A stretch of DNA of 64,000 nucleotides, from assembly GCA_053919585.1 (NCBI GenBank), contig CM132783.1; one strand, given 5' to 3'. Every line of letters begins with the position of its first letter. The first letter of the stretch is position 1. This DNA is from Euprymna scolopes (Eukaryota). The position numbers were made by a program, and so were the translations under genes. The notes beneath the pieces were generated by a model, which saw only the letters and a program-made list of their open reading frames with translations, was not told the DNA's origin and searched no databases. Shown one piece after another: positions 52,998-64,000 of this stretch.

Positions 52998-55947
52998 CCT
53001 ATTCTGGCGTACATTTTTTTTTTGCCATGAACAGGGTTTGACGGGTCCCCAGCTGGTCCTTCGGTGGTTGAATAGCTGGATAAGGCCGAGCGCGTTTGCC
53101 GGTTGTGCAAAATTAAGGTTCCAGCTACGGTCCTCCCATTGAGACTCACTAAGGGGGGCTTATGCCGTGTACCAACAGCTCCAGGATGAGGCAACAATGG
53201 AACAGATAAAACAAGCGTTGTACGGAGAATTCGGTGCGGACCCTGTTGTTTCCTGGAGGCAATTCTCTGAACGTCGGCTTGGGTCAGGGGAGAGTGTATA
53301 CGTCTACCTGGCTGACCTGAAGTAGTTTGCTGCTCCTTTCGCCGGTGCAATCGATCGAATATTGGCATATGCCTTTTATTGTCTGAGCACTTGGATGACG
53401 CCGGTCGGCTGTTGCGGGCATGGTCGAAGCTCAATGATCTTGGGTCGGAGGAGTTGTTGGCTAGAGCCCGATACATCCTAAAGGACGATGTGGAGCAGGT
53501 CTCACCAGCGTTTTCGCACTGGAATCGCCTACGGAGATTCTACGGTGCTAAAAATGTGGTGGCGCCAACCACTTTGCTAGAGACTATAGATGCGGGGCGA
53601 AGTGCACCCTAGACTATAAAGCACGGAAAGAGGGCACTGTCACCGATGCGACAAGCCAGGCTACGTAGCACGGACTTGTCCGGGAAGCAATCAAGAGGAG
53701 GAAGCCGTGGCGGCAGCACACTCATCAAAGCAACATTGAAAAAGGCGCTTCCTGTAGTGACAGTGCGAGTTGATCGGTGTAGGCGCTCAGCGATGTTTGA
53801 CATCGGATGCTCCCAAACCATCATACACAAGAAATATTGTACCGCATGGACGAAAGAGAAGGTCCCAGTATTAACCGTTAGCGGAGGCTCGCTGGTTTGT
53901 TGTGGGGTGAGCATTGTCCATACAAGGGTTTGCGATGCATCACTGTTGCTGTGAAGGCGTTGGCGGTCGACAGGGAGCTTCTTGGATACGACCTTGCAAT
54001 GGACACTATTATACAGCTGAATGGAGTCACCGTGGACAACGCCGGTTATGTGAGAGTTTCTCTGCAACTACTGTTGATGAACCCGACTTCCACGCGAAAT
54101 ACGACCAGGGTATAAACGCGTGGACCGCGTCCTGGAAGTGGCCATGCGCCCAGCCACCAGTGTACTTTATGAATCGCCACTTTTTGTGCGGATCAGGGGA
54201 CAGTATGAGGCAGAACTCCAGGTATGAATGGATAATGACTGGTTGGTTCTATACCCAGATGATTAGCTCCGGCCACCGAGGGGGTTGACCCCTCTAATGA
54301 CCTTCAGGCAGGAGAATAAACAGAAGGTCCGACACGCCATAGATTACCAGGAACTCAATGAACACGTCGCCCCACACACGGCGGCGACTGACGTCTGCTC
54401 ACGTAAACTGAGGGAGTGGCAGAAGCAGGGGGCGTACACAGCAATTCTGGACCTGCGAAGAGCCTACGTACAACTACGCGTCGAGAAATCGTTGTGGCCG
54501 TTCCAGATGGTCGAGATTAAAGGGGCTCGCTATTGTTTGACCAGGCTGGGGTTCGGCCTGAACATGCCCCCGAACACTATGACAGCGATTATGCAGGCAA
54601 TGCGACGTCAAGATGAAGCTATGAAACAGGCGACGTCGTCGTATATTGATGAAATTTTAATGAACAAGAGCCTCATGTCTGTCTAGGCGATGAAAGAACA
54701 CTTTGAGAGCTTCTGGCTGTCGTGCAAGGAGACAGAGCGCCTGCAAGATGGAGCGAAAGTTATTGCATTTCATGTGAGTAGCAACGCGAACGGACTCCTC
54801 TGGGGAAGAGGTGGTGACATCCCGGAAGTTCCATCCAACATCAGACGTCGGAATGTTGTTTCCATGTGCAGAAAATTGCCGTGTGTGGGGGCTCCGGGTG
54901 GTGGTGGCGGCCATAAAGCGATGTGCGACTTCCATGTCAACGGGATATGACGATGAGGTGTGCGATTCGCTCTGCGAAGTATGCTAGTGGACGCTGTTGT
55001 CAATGTGACCGACGGCACCGTGCGAGGGGTATGGTGCGTCGACGGGAGCGAGTATACAATTTGGGTGGACGCCAGCTCACTTGCCATTGGCGTTGCTCTG
55101 GCGTTGCTCTGGCGTTGCTCTGGCGGTCGAAGGATTTATCGTAAAAGATGCCTGCTGACTTCGGCCAGAAAATTACGCCGGGTACATAAAATTGGTTGAG
55201 CTTGATGCTACATTCAAAGGCGTAAATCTCGCGCTTCAGTGGAAGGCCAGAGTGTTTCACATTGTCACAGACTCTACGTGTCTACATCGGTGGATAACCG
55301 ATACCTTGAGTGGGAAAGCACGGTTGACAACAAAGACATCGGCCGAAATGCTAATATGGAGAAGACTTGCTACCCTGACCGAGATCATCAAGGAATTTAA
55401 CCTGGTCGTAGATGTGACACTGGTGCAGTACTGTCAGAATCGCGCTGATTTTCTGACCAAAGTGCAACGCCGTTGGTTGGACCTGCCGAAAGATGTGGAC
55501 GAATCCGCACGTGTGAATTGCGCCGCAGTGGGCGTCGTATCGGAGAGAGGGGATTAAATAGGGTATGTCGTCTGGGTTAAGGATCCCCGCGGCAAGTGCA
55601 CCACCCGCTACGGAACCGGGCGTGTTACTAAGGTGATCAGTCCGTAATCGGTGCGGGTTGACAGGGTGCCCCGTCAGATCAAGGATATTCGATTGATATC
55701 ACAAGTGAATCCGCCACTCGCGATGAGAGCGAGACTGGATCTGAGACCAGCGATCCATCATTCTGGCTTACGCCAACTTCGTCTTACAGCGACCATGAGA
55801 TTAGGTTCACTGACCCTGAAACCGAAGACGAAAGCACAGGGGAGGACGAACCCCCTGATTCCCTCTCCGAAGAAGGATCCGAAGAAAAAGGCCACCGCGT
55901 CTCTTCTCCCCTCTCTGGCCTTTCTGTAATGATGACATCAGGGGGGA

Positions 55948-56231
55948 GGCGAAAATTGTGGGAACGCAGGCTTACCTCTTAAACGACCTCAGTGTGCGCT
56001 TTGCCGACGCAGGATCATGAGGCTGAAAAGGGTCCAAGTTATATAACAATGCAGCCTCGCATAATCCCGTGTGCTCTCGCACACATATGCAAATATGAAA
56101 ATTTGGAGGAGTTTGGAGGACCAATGGAGCAGATGAAAGAGGCGTGAAGACTATACAGATAGTACTGACGGTCGACGCTGATGCAGTTAGCTGAGATTTT
56201 GTGTACTTTTATTTTCTTTGCAACTGCAACA
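55948..56231 (+). repeat. 3' LTR
   Basis: GGCGA..GGGAACGCAGGCTTACCTCTTAAACG..GCAACA, right after the PPT; clearly diverged from the 5' LTR. Confidence 0.85.
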
Positions 56232-56299
56232 TTATTTTTGTAAGTATATAAAACTTGGATATCATTCCAGATAGTATTACTAACAAAAAACACATTTCA

Positions 56300-58457
56300 T
56301 TTCGGCAGCAATAACAGAAACGAACAAAAAGCAAAATACATAAATTACAAGGCGTATGTACAATTACAGCATCTGGCAAGTGATAATACATATACTACGC
56401 TCATTAAAACTCATGAAAATATATAATTTTATTCCACTGATTAATCCCTATTGAATCTAAACACGAAGATTCTCAATTCACTAATCGCATACATGGGAAG
56501 AACTGTATAAGCTTTTACTTATTGACAAACATATAAATAGAACCTCACGAATCAAAATATGGACCCAATCACACGAAAAGCGTCTAGCGTCAAGACAATA
56601 CACATTCCTCCATTCATAATAACATCTCTTAATATATTCTTACCAAAGGTGAAAAATCCCTAGTCGAAAGAGACTCCCTATTTCTGCGTCAACCCAGTAA
56701 ACATTTTCGACATTGCGCATTACTTACGCAGAGTTAGATTAAATACCTATTTTAAAGATCACAATAACGACACGCACACAAACAGGTTTTCAAATACCAA
56801 CTTCTTCCAAAAAAACTTTATAACTGTGTACTACACATGTGGACTGAACTAAGTGGACATACGTCTATATGCTAAAGCAGCTAGACTACACCGATGAATT
56901 GCTACATATAAAATAGACAACATCGCATCAAAAACCTCAAAATACTTTTCTAGAATACCGAAAAGATTTTAGCATCTAAGAGTTAACAATGATATGAAGC
57001 ATAACCACCATGAGCACCACTAAATATATCGAAAAATCAGAAATTTAACTTAATTATTAAAAGCACTTCCCTAAGACCAAACATTCAGCTCCAAACTTGC
57101 CATAACCAGTCTTATTGAAACTCATACTTCCTGTATTTCCAATTTCATCATTTTTCTGATCATACAAATTATTAAACAGGCAAAATCTTCATTATTCCTT
57201 ACAAAATCCACAAACTCATCAAAACACAGTCGCCCCCACTAATACAATACTTACAGTTTAAATATTAGCTCTTTACTCTGACAATATCTATGAATTAACC
57301 AAATCATTTAACACTCCATCTCTCTCCGGTAGGCCTATATAATCAGGTGGTACGTTTATGATTTCAGGATATAGACCAGATCTTAACTCTCTTAATTCCT
57401 AGCATTTATGGCTACATCAAAGACGCCGCGCTTTTTCTTAAAACTATCAGGATAAGAGAGTCCAGTGGTGTAAACTATTTTTCCTTCACATTTTTCTTAA
57501 ACGGCAGCATATAACACATTTGCAACCAAATATAGTTCATTTTCAACCTAAACAAATTTTAACTCCACACACAAAACTATCTCTACATCAAAGGCACCAC
57601 CATAGACACTAAAATTACCCCAGAAATGCCAACATATTTATGCATGCGGCACTTTCTAAATTCATTCGAAACTCCTTTCCCAGGCTCTCTCACTGTTACT
57701 GATATGCTGATGAAAGTTTTTTTCATATAGCTGCATAGTGTCGCCAATACAAAGGTATTCTATGATTCATCTATAATGTTTATGATACTATAAAAATTAC
57801 TATGGGACACTCATATAATTCAATTACATTCTTTGATGCTACTGTAACATCCCATAACAGTAAAATATCCAAAACCTGCTATACTTAACTTCCTGGCAAA
57901 CATACATACAAAACTTTTACAGCAACTACTCATAAATTCTTAAGTAACCTGTTGTGTACAGTTCATGCATACGATTAAATCGCATATGCACGGACTTATT
58001 AGACTACATACAGTATATCACGAGTCTTATACATTAGCCCATTAATTACCAATACATTATTATATGTATAACTCAGGCTGTAAAACTCAAATCAAATGTA
58101 TAGCATAGTCTTTTACAATACAAACAAAATCGCCAATATTGTACCACGACCAACACTACACAGCCTACCTAAAACTATTTCAATAACATGTAAAATAATC
58201 AAGGCATGAAGTTTAAATTTAACCATTCACCAAATTATGTAATCAAGAAACCGTCGAATGTTGCTGCAATTTTCATCCGCTCACGTAAACACAAACTGAC
58301 ACACACATAGCACCACATTTGTTACAAATTTAATAAACGCGATGGTGTTTATGTACACATTGTTACACTACGCCCATGTTCAGTGCAGCTAAAATTAATA
58401 TATAGCTACAACCGCGTCATCTTACTTGTAGCAGTTCAAACGATCTATATTATATAT

Positions 58458-58499
<42 letters not shown>

Positions 58500-58760
58500 T
58501 TACCTTTTGCAAAAATCGAGAATATATTCGAGAAATTTTCACGCATTTTCTAATCGGCCTAACAACTAGACACGCACAAATCTATCGCTCCACTAGCAGG
58601 CTAACTTTATCTAGCTACATGCAATATGTTAGGTGTCTTCTGATACACTCTTTATTAGCATCGACAAAAGTACGCAAACTAAAGAAATCCTATGGATCCT
58701 CCGATTCGACCCAGAAAAGATTAATAACCATAAAAAACCTCTCTCTGAAATCATATAACT
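56300..58760 (+). mobile_element. Penelope-like element (RT + GIY-YIG), heavily degenerate
   Basis: Ordered decayed motifs: LTKGEKSLVE, YLRRVRLNTYF, KIHK, GRPI.SG, YIKD..FL, GTTIDT..ANIFM, YADE (YxDD), ITFFD, YSS.IRLNRIC, TCSSSNDLY..YIRE (GIY-YIG), EILWI. Confidence 0.8.
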
Positions 58761-60997
58761 ATTTCATAAAATAATTAAGATAATCACACACATAATTGCA
58801 AAAAAATATACAAACAATTTTATTAAAGGGGAAGTTAGAATCTTTAAAAATTATCCCGGTTGGAGTAAGTAAACTGCAGGAGGAACGTTTAGCATTCGAT
58901 AGAATTCCCCATCCCCAGGAAAAACAAATTTATAAGAAAAGTAAATCAAAAAATAGTATGTACGGGTGTATCAACTTATTATATGGATTTCAATATGTAT
59001 ATTACACCGTTTCTTTTTGCACTGTTTAATAGGAGTGTTTCATTAAGCTATTATGGCTTATATCTAGCACACCTATTTATCTACAGGTTTTACCAACAGA
59101 ATTTCTGTTCACTTTGATGAACATCGTGTTTATTGTGATTGTTGTAGATCACCTTCTCGTCGACCAGCTGTATAAATTCCAAGATAAATTGGTGCATTCT
59201 ATTCTGTCTGAAAGTGACACAACGTAACTGAGCGAAATCAAAGATACGGAATGTACAATGTATGCTCTGTACCGATCTTAATTATAAGAACAGAACTATT
59301 TTCAGCATCCTCAAAATGCAAAAAACGGACGCTTAGACGAATGAGGAGCCCACTAAACGAAGTTTCGAACCCGATTATTATCTTTGGTGTGACTTCAATA
59401 AGAGGCCACATAATAAACCTCCCATCTTCGAAGTTTGCTTGCAAGTTGAAACTAAATTGTACCGTGATATGCTGAAAAGTCTGCTGATCCCTCTTAAAAT
59501 AAGGTGACTGCTGAAAACTCAGGGTATTGCAGCATGACATATTACACTAGCGTATGTGCAGATGCATTTGAATGGCCGTTAAATTGCATTGTGTATTTTA
59601 TTAAGTTATAACATCCATCCTCTTCCGGACTGTACTTCTTGCTTTGAAGTATAATAGGTAATAAGTGTTTTGCTCCCAACATTTTAATGTTTACGATCGA
59701 AACATTTGCAGCCGGTTGAGATTGAATTCCACGATAATCAAGCGACACAACAAAAGTAAATTATGATTTTATATCACACATATGAATCAGTGGCAACTTA
59801 TAAAATAGTGCGTTCATTTTTTTCCAATGTGTCTAAAATAGTTAGCTTGCTCATTTACTTTACATATTTTTATCGAAACTCTTGTAGACATCGCACGAAA
59901 CCAGAATATGTCAGTGTCTAAATAAAAGAGTTAATGCATGATATGTCTTTTTTTACATTAGTTAGAAAAGTATAAGCTTAGAGGAACTAAGAGCAAGGAA
60001 CGATAATTAAAAGTAGGCAGTGTTTAAGAAAAAAAACTAGAATAAGGAGCAAAATTAAAACTATGAACGGGTGTACCGGAATTCAGTAGACAAAATACAA
60101 ATCATGGTAGACTAGAGAAACAGTAAAGCAAACATTTCTAAAATAACGCACATGCAATTATTTAAGGTAAATATCAGACTGGAATATCGTTTGAAAAAAT
60201 AAATGCGTAAGCGAAATTAGAGACAGACCTGCAGCTATTTAAGAATACTGTTTTAAGGACAGTAATATTTTTTTAGAATGTTTCTGCAGATATTTTTATT
60301 TTAATATTAGATTACATATTAGAATTCATACAAGTACAATAAATATTTGGCGAGTTTTAAGATTTTACTACGGCGAAAAATATGTAGAAAACGAACGTGT
60401 TTTCAAATAACTGTGACCGTAATAAAGTACATTTATTTTTTCATATTTTTCAATATTATGTGTTTTAAAGTTTATAAAATACTAGCTGTGCCCGGCCACG
60501 CGTTGCTGTGGCTCAGTTTGTTAAAATGGAACACATGTGTAAGTAGAGAAAAGTTTGATTCTTTTTTTCAAGAGAATGTACAAATTATCTTTTTTTTAAC
60601 AGATGTTAAGAAAATAAACAGAAAAATACTCACATCATTAATTATGCAAAAAAATAAATAAAATGTTGATGTAGTGTTTCAATATGCTTATAAATTACGA
60701 TAAAACTTGCTGAGTATGCACTGTTTTACGGTTGTTGTAAAAATGGAATGGAAACTTAAATTTCGCTTCATTTTAATCTTTCTTAATTTTTTAATTGTGC
60801 CCCCTAAACGAATATAATCAAAACAGTAACATTCAACAATTGTACTTTATGTATATAAAACACAAAATATTTATTTAAAAAAAAATTATAAAAATAAAGA
60901 GTTAATAACGAAAGGGAAATAATTCCATTCTTTAAACGAAAAAGTCAGTTTACCTAACTTACTGTATTAATGCTATTTTTTTAAGCAAGAAAAAAAA

Positions 60998-62810
60998 GGT
61001 AAATATTCAGATACTACAGAACACCGACCACTCTAATTCGTTTTTGTATAGGGAATTGAGGTCGCTGACAACGAATCTGATAGTCAAACTTGGGGCAAAT
61101 TTACCGTTTGCATGGTATTTACCCCTGAACCCACGAACTTCTTTCCACCATTTTGCAGCTTCCGTTTATGCTACGTGCATGCACGCTGTAGCATAAACGA
61201 CGGCTTCACCAAGCAAACTACGTTGGGGGGGAGGGGATTTTTTTTTCCAGGACATAGAATTTTCTAATTTTCAAAAATACATTATAGCGCTTTTTGGGTT
61301 GAATATTTAAAATTACCTGAAAAAGAAATAAAATAAGAAAAGGAAAGCACACCATGTTCGAGTGGGGGGGGGTTAATTTATCTGTTTTTTTTTTACCTGG
61401 AACATCGAATTTTAAAATTTTCCGTAAGTAACGCACCGACATTTACCAATTAGAACACTATTTAACATTTTCCGAAGATTTTACTTTGTACATTGGGGGT
61501 GGGTCGGATGTGACGTTGGGGCGCGCGCGCGCCCCAACATCAGATCCCCCCCCAAACAAATTAGAGTGGTCGGTGGGGTTTGTATTACTGTACACATAGA
61601 TTCGAAAAAGTTATCAAAAAACAAATATATAACAAATAAATGTTATTAAAGGCAAGATAAGTTACTTTTCTACATAACTGGATATAATTTTCGTGTTTTT
61701 ATTCAATGTAACATATTGGGTTTGTATTACTGTACACATAGATTTGAAGAAGTTGTCAAAAAACAAATATATAACAAATAAATGTTATCAAAAGCCAGAT
61801 AAGTTACTTTTCTACCAAACTGGATATATTTTTTGTGTTTTTATTCAATGTAACATGTTTATTCAGCTGGAAAAAACATACAGTGTTTACCGATGTATTG
61901 GAAACTTCAAGATGGCATCTGATTCTCTCTTTAACACGGTAAGTTTGGGAAAAGGTGTTATAAATAAAAACCCATATAAAATACTGTTAAAATCTCGCTC
62001 AATATATGTTACCGTGACATAGGTTGACTTATATTCGGCGGGTTTTTAATAGTATTTTGTATAGTTTTTTTATTTATAACACCTTTTCCCAAACTTACCG
62101 TGTTAAAGAGAAAATCAGACGTCATCTTTAATTTTCCAAGTCATCGGTAAACACTGTATGTTTTTCGAGCTGAATGCTGGGTTTGTATTTTTTTTTTTTT
62201 TTTTTTTTTACTGTATACATAGATTCGAAGTTGTCAAAAAACAAATATATAACAAAATAATGTTATCAAAGGCAAGATAAGTTACTTTTCTACCTAACTG
62301 GACATATTTTTCGTGTTTTTATTCAATGTAACAGTTTTATTCACCTCGAAAACCATACAGTGTTTACCGATGTATTGGAACATTCAAGATGGAGTCTGAT
62401 TCTCTCTTTAACACGGTAAGTTTGGGAAAATATGTTACAAATAAAAAACTGGATAAAATACTGTTAAAAACTCGCTCAATACATGTTACTGTGACATAGG
62501 TTGACATATATTCGGCGGGTTTTTAATAGTATTTTGTATAGTTTTTTATTTATAACACCTTTTTTCAAACTTACGGTGTTAAAGAGGGTATGAGACGCCA
62601 TCTTGAATTTTCGAATACATCGGTAAACACTGTATGTTTTTCGAGCTGAATAAATATGTTACATTGAATAAAAACACGAAAAATATATCCAGTTTGGCAG
62701 AAAAGTAACTTATCTTGCCTTTGATAACATTTATTTGTTATATATTTGTTCCCCCCCCTAAACAAATTAGAGTGGTCGGTGTTCTGTAGTAGCGTATCTG
62801 GATATTTACC
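60998..62810. mobile_element. non-autonomous TIR element (Merlin-like GGTAA termini)
   Basis: TIRs GGTAAATAT(T/C)CAGATA..CTACAGAACACCGACCACTCTAATT at 60998-61038 and 62765-62810. Flanks AAAAAAAA and AAAAAAAT fit an 8-bp TSD (7/8). Confidence 0.7.
61577..62750. repeat. tandem foldback (palindromic MITE-like) cassette
   Basis: Three starts GGGTTTGTATT (~61577, 61719, 62179) and two long hairpins centred near 62016 and 62495. An inverted partial copy lies at 63232-63344. Confidence 0.85.
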
Positions 62811-64000
62811 AAAAAAATATATATTTCGGTTTGGCTATAAATTCCTAAACTTATTTCACCTTAAATAATTTAGGTGACTGAAATAGGAATCTAATTGAAT
62901 CTTTAATTTCCTGAATAGTATCCGATAATTCATTTTTCTTCGAGTTATATCGAATACATTAATACGGACTTTAGGGGCTTTTTTCGTAATGTTACTGTAA
63001 AAATTATTTTTTATTGTTACAAATTACGATGCTTTAAAAAAAGCAAAAATAAATTCTTGCGTTTTTTATTTACTACTGAAAACCATAACTTTAGTAAAGG
63101 TATTTTTTGTTTAAACAAAATAAAACATTTTCACTAAGAGTTTTTCACTAAGAATTTTTAAGTAAAGGGAGGAGTCAAAATGTGTATACACTGAGTGTCG
63201 TCATTCATTTTGAGACCACGTGTGGTTAATTTAAATATCCAGTTTGGCAGAAAAGTAACTTATCTTGCCTTTGATAATATTTATTTGTTATGTATTTGAT
63301 TTTTGACAACTTTTTTGAATCTATGTGTACAGTAATACAAACCCAAACTTCAAAGGTTGGAATCCCCCCGACCCCACCTAAAATGTACTTGGAAAAATCG
63401 ATTTTATAGTGAGATTTAAGAATGGTTAGTCGAAAAAAAGGTGAAAAACAAAACAAATAATCAATAAAAAATTGTTACCAAAGGCAATAAATGTTACTTT
63501 TTTTTTTTACTTACATTGAATATTTTCAAGCGCTTTTCAAATGCGGGTGTGTGGGTGCCAAATACCTCCAGATTTTCTAGAATTTCCCGCTAGATTGTAA
63601 CCGAAATCTCCAGATATAGCAGGAAAACCGCTAAATTGTAACACTGGTCACGTGACAGGAAGCGTTAATAAATAATTGCCCCTAAATAAAAAAATGGCCT
63701 CTCGACACAAAGAAATCTACCAATTTATCATAGAAAAATTAAGTATAATATTATAATAAAAAAGAAATATATAAAAACACACATGAATATAGTAAACATA
63801 TTATACCAAAACGTGGAAGCCATCCGTCCAGTGGTTTTTTAGACAATTAATTCCGAACGAACCAACATTTACATTTATATATATATAGATACTATTCTGC
63901 ATATTTATATATACAGTATATATCAAAATAGCTTCTCATATCACTAAAATAAAAAGTTGTATCAACAAAAATAAAAATTAAGAAATACAATAAAAATTGT

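Larger units (their letters stand above)
52743..56231 (+). mobile_element. Ty3/Gypsy LTR retrotransposon, degenerate, integrase core deleted
   Basis: Paired LTRs; gag with two CCHC knuckles (~53546-53680); protease MFDIGC; RT IDYQELN/LDLRRAY/YIDE; RNase H WVDAS/ELDA/TDS; PPT AGGGGGGA at 55940-55947. Confidence 0.92.
60482..63889 (-). mobile_element. non-autonomous Helitron with nested insertions
   Basis: Minus-strand 5' end A|TCTATATATATATAAATG at 63889. 3' end GCCACAGCAACGCGTGGCCGGGCACAGCTAG|T at 60482, i.e. hairpin + CTAG in an A|T target. Confidence 0.8.

Noticed and set aside
52738-56236. Target-site duplication for the LTR element
   Set aside because: The flanks AAATC and TTATT do not match.
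59050-59780. Minus-strand fragments KYSPEED (Myb-like) and RFLHFED (piggyBac-like)
   Set aside because: Isolated short motifs; the flanking residues expected for either family are missing.

Overview
AT-rich eukaryotic (invertebrate metazoan-like) draft-assembly DNA with 11 N-gaps and many (TA)n microsatellites. I find no convincing intact host gene, rRNA or functional tRNA. The window is a transposable-element graveyard. It holds four Ty3/Gypsy remnants (one with both LTRs but no integrase), four 5'-truncated CR1/Jockey-group LINE copies from two families, an RTE LINE 5' half, two Penelope-like (PLE) remnants, two Tc1 remnants, a THAP/P-like remnant, several non-autonomous Helitrons (tandem, satellite-bearing and nested), a Merlin-like TIR element, foldbacks and minisatellites. 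The most interesting signal is non-coding and invisible in the ORF track: a family of type I hammerhead ribozymes (HHR). One complete minimal HHR (5030-5074, minus strand) lies just downstream of a tRNA-like Pol III head (A and B boxes) and upstream of a T4 terminator. Two diverged copies of this tRNA-head+HHR layout occur at about 6.9 kb and 32.9 kb. Two inverted-repeat foldbacks (3.8 kb, 47.8 kb) also carry HHRs, and four more decayed cores are scattered through the window. The inference is a Pol III SINE/retrozyme-like family that may be mobilised by Penelope-like elements. All family assignments come from motif recognition by eye, not from database searches.
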